From contig CAYVLA010000051.1 of the NCBI GenBank assembly GCA_964452145.1, forward strand, positions 1 to 21,696: a DNA stretch of 21,696 nt, written 5' to 3'. Source of the DNA: Candidatus Hadarchaeota archaeon. Lineage in GTDB: Archaea > CAYQAE01 > CAYVLA01. Below the pieces are notes generated by a model. That model had not been told where the DNA came from. It did not search any database and worked only from the letters and a program-made list of their open reading frames with translations. Shown here piece by piece: positions 8,115 to 15,182 of this stretch (position 1 is the first letter of the stretch; the number at the start of each line of letters is the position of its first letter). The position numbers and the translations under genes are program-made.

Positions 8115-8239
8115 TCAACTCAACAGGAAGGGCTCCGGCCCCCAGCTAAGCGGGAAGCACGGGCGTCTACGTGCTCCGAGAACCCGCTTCTCGAGGCCGC
8201 TCAACCCCCGACCGACGCACGAATGGCACGTGATTCTGG

Positions 8240-8254
8240 CTAATAAGGATTTCG
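8240..8254 (-). promoter_or_regulatory. BRE + TATA-like promoter pointing leftwards
   Basis: The minus strand reads CGAAATCC-TTATTAG, the clearest AT-rich patch in this intergenic region. Confidence 0.45.
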
Positions 8255-8299
8255 TGGGTAGTGGGTAGTGGGTAATGGTAGTGGATGGGCGGTGGGTAG
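8254..8299 (+). repeat. Tandem heptamer GTGGGTA x3 plus degenerate copies
   Basis: GTGGGTA at 8254, 8261 and 8268; ATGGTA at 8275; GTGGATG at 8281; GTGGGTAG at 8292. Confidence 0.8.
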
Positions 8300-8326
8300 T
8301 TGTGGTTGGGTGCGGTGCTGTAGGTA

Positions 8327-8509
8327 GGGCTCTGTGACTGGCTCTGACCTCTCTTGTCCTTGCCGGGGGATGATTGAGTGGTACTCGCTGCTCTACCCAC
8401 ACCCTGAAGGGCGAGAGAAGGCCAAGGGAACATGGGATGGGCCTTGGAGTTACTCACCAGGTCAGAGATACGCTCCTCCAGAGGTGAGACACACAACAGT
8501 GCAGGGCCC
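8327..8509 (+). ncRNA. Candidate structured RNA of unknown family (~185 nt, nested multi-branch fold)
   Basis: Nested stems found by hand: 8327-8340/8497-8509, 8342-8350/8459-8467, 8351-8361/8407-8417 and 8418-8423/8440-8445. The non-Watson-Crick pairs are G-U on the + strand. Confidence 0.4.
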
Positions 8510-8553
8510 CGAGGTGCTTGTTGCTGAAATCGATCGACCCGGCCAGATTGCGT

Positions 8554-10074
8554 TCACTCCACGAAATACCTCTTCATGACGGGCAGCGCATCGGTGGTCA
8601 CGTTTATCTTCAGCTTTCTGAGGGCCTGATAGTCCCCGTTGGTAGGAGTGTGTGTTGTGTGCATTTCGCATCCCTCCAGATCCTTGAGCCTACCAATCGC
8701 CCTTCTTGACTCTTCGTCCCTAGCAGCCGACACGGACAGGGCGATCAACGTCTCGTTTAGATTCAGGCTCTCGGATTTCTCGTACAGGATTCCGGTCTTG
8801 AACGCATTGATCTGCCCAATAACCTCGGCCGAGAGCAAATGTACCCCGTCAGGTATTCCGGCTAACTCCTTGGCGGCGTTGAGGACGACTGCGGACTCCG
8901 CGTGCAGCAGGGGTGAATTCTTCCCAGACACGATCATGCCGTCGGGCAGCTCGAGGGCAGCCCCGCTGTATATGCCCTCATTCCCCTTGCCCTCCTGGTG
9001 TCTGGCCTGCTCCGCCGCCTTCCTTGCAGGCATGACCACCTTCCTTTCGGTTTCCCTCAGGCCCACTTTGGCCATGATCCCATCCATTCTGTCCACCGTG
9101 CTCCTCTTCTGCAGCCCCCTGAGGAACTCCTCTTTGTACCTGAAGTAGCGCCTTATGATTTCCTGCTTGGCCGCTTCTCTGCATATCCGCTCATCCATGA
9201 TGCCGCAACTCACGCGATTGATGCCCATCTCGGTGGGACTCCTGTAATCGCCAGCTGAGCTCTCCCCCGGGGTGATTCTGTCGAACACGTTCTTCATGAT
9301 CGCGAAGTTTTCGATGTCGCGATTGTAGTTCACCGCCCTGACACCGTATGCGGCCTCGTGAAAAGGGTCCACCATGACAACATCAAGCAGGTTCGCCGTC
9401 GCAGCCTCGTACGCAACGTTCACCGGGTGGTCGGCGGGCAGGTCCCATATGGGGAATGTCTCGAACTTGGCAAAACCACTATTGGTGCCTCTCTTGCGCT
9501 CGTGAAATATCTGCGAGATGCAGAACGCCATCTTGCCGCTGCCACCGCCAGGGCCGGTGACGATGACGATCTTCCCACTGACCGGCACGTAGGCCATCTT
9601 GCCCAGGCCATCGTCGCTCACAACATAATCGATGTCCCTAGGATACCCCCTGATCTCTCGCTGCACGAAGACCTTCATCCCCAGGTTCCTCAGCCTCCTC
9701 CGAAATCTCGTCGCGGCCTCTTCTCCCTCGTATCGTGTTATGACAATGGCCGAGACGGCCAAACCTTCCTCCGCAAGATCGTCCACCGTCTTCAGCGTCT
9801 CATTATCGTAGGTCAGGCCAAAGTCCTGTCTGATCGTCCCCTTCTCTAGGTCCTTCGCGCACACGCAGTGGACTATCTCGATATCCTTCAGCATCTTGAG
9901 AAGCCTGATCTTGTTTTTGGGATCATAGCCCGGCAGCACCCTGGCAGCATGTAAATCGTAACACAGTTTGCCCCCGAACTCAAGGTATAGCCTCTCCCCA
10001 AACTTGCGGACCCTTCCACGTATCGCCTTCGTCTGCTCCCTCAGATATGTCGCCGAATCGAATCCCAGTTGCAT
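8554..10074 (-). CDS. DUF1846 (UPF0371) family protein with a P-loop-like motif
   Basis: GFDS..YL.EQ...I..RV..FG.RLYLEFGGKL..D.HAARVLPGY, VTGPGGGSGKMA, AKFETFPIWDLP..HPVNVAYEAATA, AVNYNRDIE.F and YRSPTEMGIN. Confidence 0.93.
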   Translation of the reverse strand: MQLGFDSATYLREQTKAIRGRVRKFGERLYLEFGGKLCYDLHAARVLPGYDPKNKIRLLKMLKDIEIVHCVCAKDLEKGTIRQDFGLTYDNETLKTVDDLAEEGLAVSAIVITRYEGEEAATRFRRRLRNLGMKVFVQREIRGYPRDIDYVVSDDGLGKMAYVPVSGKIVIVTGPGGGSGKMAFCISQIFHERKRGTNSGFAKFETFPIWDLPADHPVNVAYEAATANLLDVVMVDPFHEAAYGVRAVNYNRDIENFAIMKNVFDRITPGESSAGDYRSPTEMGINRVSCGIMDERICREAAKQEIIRRYFRYKEEFLRGLQKRSTVDRMDGIMAKVGLRETERKVVMPARKAAEQARHQEGKGNEGIYSGAALELPDGMIVSGKNSPLLHAESAVVLNAAKELAGIPDGVHLLSAEVIGQINAFKTGILYEKSESLNLNETLIALSVSAARDEESRRAIGRLKDLEGCEMHTTHTPTNGDYQALRKLKINVTTDALPVMKRYFVE

Positions 10075-10101
10075 GAGGCCCTGTTCACGGAGGCTGGAAG
10101 A

Positions 10102-10107
10102 CTTAAA
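10102..10107 (-). promoter_or_regulatory. TATA box for the DUF1846 gene
   Basis: TTTAAG on the minus strand, 27 nt upstream of ATG 10074. Confidence 0.4.
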
Positions 10108-10196
10108 TCATTGGGTGGCTTCCGGCCACGCAAGGGCGGGAATGCGCGGACCTAGCCGACGATCAGAATTATCAACGCCCGCTCGTTGGCCACTCT

Positions 10197-10895
10197 ATGG
10201 AAGGGCCCGGTGTGAGGATTGCTGCGGAGGACATGCTGGGCCTCAAGGGACGGAGGGTCACGGCCGCCTACGGTAACGCTAGGATTGACCTCTCCCGAAT
10301 CAATGGGAGGATCATGTTGGATGTGTTCAGCAGGGGCAAGCAGCTTCTTCTGGACTTCGGCGATCTCCATATCAGAGTGCACTTCATGATGTACGGCAGC
10401 TACCGAGTCAACCAAGAACGGCCAAACCAGACACCCAGGCTGGCACTTGACTTCGAAGGCAGCGGCGTGAGGTTCTACAACTGTTCGGTGAGGCTGCTGG
10501 ATTCAACCGCCCGCGACGGCGATAGGACCTACGATCCGGAGATAGACATCACAGGGAGTCTTTGGAACCCCGGCAAGGTGCTCTCACTGGTTCGCCGGGA
10601 AGGACCCAGAGCGATTTGCGATGTCCTCATGGACCAGGAAGTCTTCGCCGGGGTTGGGAATATGATTAAGAACGAGGCCCTATTTCGAGCTCGCATCCAC
10701 CCGTTGAGCAGGACGGACAGGATACCGATTGACAAGATCAGCGAACTCCTCCGGCACACAAGGGAATTCTCTCTCGAGCTGTACGAGGTAGAGAGGAAGC
10801 AAGAAGACATCTCCCAGATCTTCGAGATCTACCGATCGAAGAGGTGCAGAGTCTGCGGGGGCAGGGTCTCTGTCAGCAAGAGGTTGTACGCTTGA
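10197..10895 (+). CDS. Fpg/Nei family DNA glycosylase/AP lyase (endonuclease VIII-like), incomplete zinc finger
   Basis: MEGP N-terminus, RGKQLLLDF, HFMMYGS and the H2TH motif LMDQEVFAGVGNMIKNEALFRARIHP. Only one CRVC occurs before the stop. Confidence 0.88.
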   Translation: MEGPGVRIAAEDMLGLKGRRVTAAYGNARIDLSRINGRIMLDVFSRGKQLLLDFGDLHIRVHFMMYGSYRVNQERPNQTPRLALDFEGSGVRFYNCSVRLLDSTARDGDRTYDPEIDITGSLWNPGKVLSLVRREGPRAICDVLMDQEVFAGVGNMIKNEALFRARIHPLSRTDRIPIDKISELLRHTREFSLELYEVERKQEDISQIFEIYRSKRCRVCGGRVSVSKRLYA

Positions 10896-11045
10896 GCCGA
10901 TGTCGCAAATCTAGACCCGGTCTTCCCACTTCGCGTCTCGGCATGTGATCGTGGGTCATGCCAGGGGGACGCGCAGGCTCGCAGGCTTGGATGCTCGCCA
11001 AGATTTATCTAGACAGATCAACGGGATACGCGGGGAGGATCAAGG

Positions 11046-12008
11046 ATGAGAGCCAAGGTGGCGATAGTCGGCGCAGGCTTCATGGGCGAGACACACGCCA
11101 ATTCCTACCGAAAGATCAACGGGGCGACCCTGGCCCATGTATGCGATATCGACCCCTCCAAAGGCAAGCCCCTGGCCCGGTCCACGGGGGCCACGTATGT
11201 CTCCGACTTTTCCGAGCTTTTGGCAGAGAAGCCTGACATCGTGGACATATGTCTGCCGACTGCCCTTCACAGGTCCTTCGCCGTCAGAGCGCTCGAGGAG
11301 GGCTTCAACGTCTTCTTGGAGAAGCCCCTGGCAATAGATCTGGAGGATGGAGAGGCCATCGTCAAGGCCGCTTTCGGCAGCGCAGGCCTGAGCATGGTGG
11401 GCCACGTCCTGAGGTTCTGGCCGGGCTACGCTGAACTACACGAAAGGGCCAAGGCAGGCGAGATTGGGAAGGCAAGGCACCTCCTAGCATATCGAGTGGG
11501 GCCGCCGCCCAGATGGGCCGGCTGGTACATGGACATGAAGAAGAGCAATGGCGTGATCTTCGATCTAGGCATTCACGATATCGACTACGTCAGGTGGGTC
11601 ATGGGCGAGCCGCACACGGTTTTCTCGCAGGCCTACTTGCGCGATGGCGTCCACGTGCACGGGCAGGTCCTGTTGGGCCACAGCGACTGGGAAGCACTAT
11701 GCGAGTGCAGCTGGATGGGATCTCCAACGTTTCCGTTTACTACCTACATAGAGATCGCAGGCACAGGAGGGCTCGTACACCTAGACGGCAGGGCAGTCAA
11801 CGCCTACGCGATCTTCGGGCGCGATGGGGCCGCGAAGTCGGATCCATTCGATGAGGACGGATACGTCCGGGAACTAAGGCACTTCGTTGAATGCGTCAAG
11901 GATGGCAGGGAGCCGGACGTCCCAGTTTCGGAGGGCCTCAGGACGATGAGGGTGGCGTTGGCCGCCGTGGAGAGCGCCAAGCTCGGGGAGGCTGTCGTGC
12001 TGGGGTGA
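11046..12008 (+). CDS. Gfo/Idh/MocA family NAD(P)-dependent oxidoreductase
   Basis: VAIVGAGFMG..H, VDICLPTALH, VFLEKPLA, VGHVLRF, GVIFDLGIHDID. A GGAGG Shine-Dalgarno lies upstream. Confidence 0.93.
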   Translation: MRAKVAIVGAGFMGETHANSYRKINGATLAHVCDIDPSKGKPLARSTGATYVSDFSELLAEKPDIVDICLPTALHRSFAVRALEEGFNVFLEKPLAIDLEDGEAIVKAAFGSAGLSMVGHVLRFWPGYAELHERAKAGEIGKARHLLAYRVGPPPRWAGWYMDMKKSNGVIFDLGIHDIDYVRWVMGEPHTVFSQAYLRDGVHVHGQVLLGHSDWEALCECSWMGSPTFPFTTYIEIAGTGGLVHLDGRAVNAYAIFGRDGAAKSDPFDEDGYVRELRHFVECVKDGREPDVPVSEGLRTMRVALAAVESAKLGEAVVLG

Positions 12009-13003
12009 TGGCAATGCATATGACAGGAATCGGAATCGTCAGTTTTGACCACATGCATGCCAGAAGCTATGCCAGGTGTTTCAACCACATGCCCGACTGC
12101 AGGCTGGTAGGGGTGGCTGATCCGGATGAGGTGCGCGGAAGGCAGATGGCTTCGACGTACCGCACCGAGTTCATGTCGCTGGACGCGCTTCTGGACAACG
12201 ACGGAGTCGACGGCGTCTGCATATGTTCGGCGAACTCTAGGCACAAGCAGGACGTCGTCGCCGCCGCCGAGGCTGGCAAGCACGTCATGGTGGAGAAACC
12301 CATAGCTACCACCATCCAGGATGCCAAGGAGATGATCACGGCCTGCGAGAAGGAAGGCCTCATCCTTCAGGTGGCCTTCGTCATGAGGTACAGCCCGATC
12401 GTTCTGGAGACGAAGAAAGCCATCGACTCCGGATGCGTTGGCGAGATAGTGGCCATGAGCGGGACGAACCACGGCTCGATGCCGGGTGGCTGGTTCACCA
12501 GAGCCGAGTTGAGCGGAGGGGGCGCGATCATCGACCACACCGTGCATGTGGCCGATCTGATGAACTGGTTCGTTGGGGGCGGTGCCAGGCGGGTCTACGC
12601 CTTGGGGGGCAACAGGCTGCACGAGAACCTGGGCATCGATGATGCGGGCCTGGTCCTCGTTGCCTACGAGCAAGCCATCGGGTCAATAGACCCTTCGTGG
12701 AGCAGGCCAGAGGGCTATCCGATCTGGGGTGACGTTCGAATGCGCATTTTCGGCTCCGAGTCTACCGTCGAGCTGGACGGCTTCTGCCAGAACCTGGGCC
12801 TGACCAAGAGAGGAGACAGGCTGAGGCTGCTGAACTATGCCACCGATATCGACTATCACGCCTGTCTGGATTTCATCCACTGCATCCGGAAAGGGTCCAA
12901 ACCCCGTGCCACCGGCCAGGATGGCCTTGCGGCTCTAGAGATAGCTCTGGCGGCCTATGGGAGCGTCCAGTCGGGCCGGGTGGTCCAGTTGCCGATGGGT
13001 TAG
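12008..13003 (+). CDS. Gfo/Idh/MocA family oxidoreductase
   Basis: Start reassigned to ATG 12008, a TGATG overlap with the preceding stop. Motifs: IGIVSFDHMHA, HVMVEKPIAT, VAFVMRY, GGGAIIDHTVHVAD. Confidence 0.92.
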   Translation: MAMHMTGIGIVSFDHMHARSYARCFNHMPDCRLVGVADPDEVRGRQMASTYRTEFMSLDALLDNDGVDGVCICSANSRHKQDVVAAAEAGKHVMVEKPIATTIQDAKEMITACEKEGLILQVAFVMRYSPIVLETKKAIDSGCVGEIVAMSGTNHGSMPGGWFTRAELSGGGAIIDHTVHVADLMNWFVGGGARRVYALGGNRLHENLGIDDAGLVLVAYEQAIGSIDPSWSRPEGYPIWGDVRMRIFGSESTVELDGFCQNLGLTKRGDRLRLLNYATDIDYHACLDFIHCIRKGSKPRATGQDGLAALEIALAAYGSVQSGRVVQLPMG

Positions 13004-13006
13004 CGC

Positions 13007-13447
13007 CTATCCCGGCCGAGCCAGAAGCGATCGGTCAAGCTCCCGCAGACCACTTTCCTGCACGACGCATCGGAAGGCTTGGAGATCCATAACCCGGAAC
13101 AGATGGCTCTGGCAGCTGCAATCGGAGCACCCAAAACCTGGGCAAGCCTCCAGCCGTGAGGACAGTGCCGCAGCGATGGCACACTCGATACGCCTGTCGG
13201 TGGCGAATGCAGCCAATGGGGCGAACGCATCCGAGTTGGTTACGATGTCGAGATGCCAGGAAACCTTCTTGTGTTTCCTGAGATGTCTTCCGAGTCTGGC
13301 CTGGATCCCTCCGGGGCCGAACGCCGATCCCACATAGCAGTAGGTCCCCTGCAAGAGGCCAAACCTGGTTTGCAGGGGGCTCGACAGATCAAAGACAAGC
13401 ACGTACGTCCCCCCGCCAGCTCGGCCTGTTGCCGGACAACCCATCAA
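13007..13447 (-). CDS. DUF123 / GIY-YIG (Uri superfamily) nuclease-like protein
   Basis: GTYVLV...YCYVGSAFGPGGI.ARL.RH...K..WHLD...EC..A...GFGCSDCSC.SHLF. Starts 3 nt after the signal peptidase stop. Confidence 0.88.
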   Translation of the reverse strand: MMGCPATGRAGGGTYVLVFDLSSPLQTRFGLLQGTYCYVGSAFGPGGIQARLGRHLRKHKKVSWHLDIVTNSDAFAPLAAFATDRRIECAIAAALSSRLEACPGFGCSDCSCQSHLFRVMDLQAFRCVVQESGLRELDRSLLARPG

Positions 13448-13450
13448 GCG

Positions 13451-13918
13451 TCAGCCCGAGAAGATCCTGCTTAACAGATACTTGGGAAAGCCCAGCTTGG
13501 GCACGACGAAGACGACCTTGCCCTGGATGTTGTCTCGGACGATCCCATCCGGCGGTGCTATCGTCCCGGGATCGGCAAATGTGTTATGATCACCCTTGGT
13601 GATGTAGTGCTCGCCTTTGATGCTTATTATGCGGTGAACGATGGGCTTCGAGTACAGAACCGTGCGGTAGACCACGATGTCGTTCACCTCGTAAGTCGGC
13701 CTACCGCGTACAACAATTATGTCCCCCACGTTAAGGGTCGGGACCATGCTCTCGGACACGACCACCATGAGCGGGCTTCGGGTTGAGAGCACCGCGGGCA
13801 GAACGACGTTCAGCACGAGGTAGATCACCACGATGGCCAAGATGGTCGGGCCCCACTCGTTCAGCAGCTTCCTGTTGGCGGATTCGTGTCTTTCTGGCGG
13901 GATGCCCAATGCCGTCAC
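13451..13918 (-). CDS. Signal peptidase I, archaeal/Sec11 type (S26B)
   Basis: N-terminal TM, VVSESMVPTLNVGD (catalytic Ser), IVHRI (His), ITKGDHN...D and IQGKV..VVPKLG. Confidence 0.93.
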   Translation of the reverse strand: MTALGIPPERHESANRKLLNEWGPTILAIVVIYLVLNVVLPAVLSTRSPLMVVVSESMVPTLNVGDIIVVRGRPTYEVNDIVVYRTVLYSKPIVHRIISIKGEHYITKGDHNTFADPGTIAPPDGIVRDNIQGKVVFVVPKLGFPKYLLSRIFSG

Positions 13919-14057
13919 TCTCGGACCTCCAAGGCGGGATCGGCCTTCTTATCTGTTTTCCAGCAGACAGCAAGGCGGATGATACCCCTCAACCACAGGA
14001 TATCACCGATGATAGGATTTTTCACCCCGGGGCAGGCCTCGGGTCCAGGCGAATGCC

Positions 14058-14771
14058 ATGATCGAACTGGAGGAGAACATCAGGATACCTCAGGAAGTCG
14101 AGAAGTTCGATGACAGGCTTGCCGAGGACAAGTTTAGAGTAGTTGCCCTGGGTGATTCCATAACCGAATGTGGGAACATGAAGAGGGAGGAGCGCTGGAC
14201 CGGGATCCTGGAGCGCCTACTGGGGTCCGATGCGCAGGTGATCAACGCCGGTCTAGGGGGAACAAGTTCAAGCCTCGGTCTCTATCGGTGGCGCAGGGAC
14301 GTGGCGCCAATGAGGCCCCATGCCGTGGTCATCTGCTACCTTCTCAACGACAGCCACATCCGCCACTACGAGTGCAGTTCCAGCTATCTGGTCCAGTGCA
14401 CTCCCCACCAGATGGAGAGCAACATGCGTGCCCTCTTCGACCTCGCCCACGCCGGCAATGCCCAGCCAATTGTCTGGACCCCGCCCCCCGTCCCGACCTG
14501 GGGGAGATCCGACACAAGGCTTCTCATCCAGATCAACCTGCTGAGTTTCTACCTCGATGTTCTGGAGCGGGTGGCTCGTGGTTCTGGCGTCCCGTTGGTC
14601 AACTACTGGCGGACCTTTCCATCTCTGGTCGAAGACTACCCCGGGCGGTACTTCAACGAGCCTGACGGCTATCACTCAACGATCCATGCCCAGCCCCTGC
14701 TGGCCAGCGGGATCAGGGAAGCCTTGGAGCCGGCGTACCTGGCATGGGCGGAGAGGGGGCATCAGTCGTAG
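14058..14771 (+). CDS. SGNH/GDSL hydrolase (esterase/acetylesterase)
   Basis: Block I ALGDSITE, block II INAGLGG, block III LLND and block V DGYH. Confidence 0.9.
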   Translation: MIELEENIRIPQEVEKFDDRLAEDKFRVVALGDSITECGNMKREERWTGILERLLGSDAQVINAGLGGTSSSLGLYRWRRDVAPMRPHAVVICYLLNDSHIRHYECSSSYLVQCTPHQMESNMRALFDLAHAGNAQPIVWTPPPVPTWGRSDTRLLIQINLLSFYLDVLERVARGSGVPLVNYWRTFPSLVEDYPGRYFNEPDGYHSTIHAQPLLASGIREALEPAYLAWAERGHQS

Positions 14772-15064
14772 CCGTAGGGCCTTGCCCTGGGCATGGTCAG
14801 ACGCCGCCCCCAGCTTGCGATCACATAGCCTATTGCGAATACGATGAAGTAGAGCAGCATCCTCCTCATGAAGGTTTCGATCCTTGAATACGTTGGCTCG
14901 GCAAGGATATCGATTTCCATGAGGATCGGCCCGACGATGACGAGGATCACAACGCCAACGGTGGCCACCAAGCCGACTAGGAAGAGGTAGGAGGCGACCT
15001 TGAATGAACCGTGAATCATGCTCCCCATGGCACCGCCATCTGGCCTACCTATGAGTGCCTTCAT
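14762..15064 (-). CDS. Small two-TM membrane protein (start uncertain)
   Basis: TM segments YLFLVGLVATVGVVILVIVGPILM and MLLYFIVFAIGYVIASW, followed by GRR. A TATA-like AGATATAT lies right at the track start, so a later ATG is likely. Confidence 0.65.
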   Translation of the reverse strand: MKALIGRPDGGAMGSMIHGSFKVASYLFLVGLVATVGVVILVIVGPILMEIDILAEPTYSRIETFMRRMLLYFIVFAIGYVIASWGRRLTMPRARPYGYD

Positions 15065-15182
15065 ATATCTGTCTGCTTGGATGCCTGGCCCCGTCGTTCG
15101 GGTCGCAAGATCGACCCACCTTCATCTCTGGTTTCCATCACCTTTTTGAGGCAAATCCGGGCGTTGCATCCCTGGTGAAGCG

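Noticed and set aside
8254..8299. CRISPR array or replication-origin ORB repeats
   Set aside because: The units are 7-nt tandem repeats without spacers. There is no ORB consensus, no AT-rich unwinding element, and no cas or cdc6 gene in the window.
8370..8407. Box C/D sRNA (ATGATTG ... CTGA)
   Set aside because: Box C is imperfect, there is no recognisable C' box, and the span is too short for two guides. It is kept only as part of the larger fold.
8342..8467. 5S rRNA (similar size and three-way junction)
   Set aside because: The conserved 5S loop C CCGAAC and other signatures are absent on both strands.
8115..8579. ORFs 8115-8402, 8167-8496 and 8334-8579 as proteins
   Set aside because: They are low-complexity Pro/Thr/His translations of the repeat tract or featureless, overlap each other, and lack good start signals.
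11891..12007. N-terminal extension of the second oxidoreductase given in the ORF track
   Set aside because: It overlaps the upstream gene by over 100 nt. The domain begins after ATG 12008, which forms a TGATG coupling.
14001..14014. TATCA-N4-TGATA palindrome between the signal peptidase and SGNH genes
   Set aside because: The arms are only 5 bp and it occurs once, so it cannot be told apart from chance.
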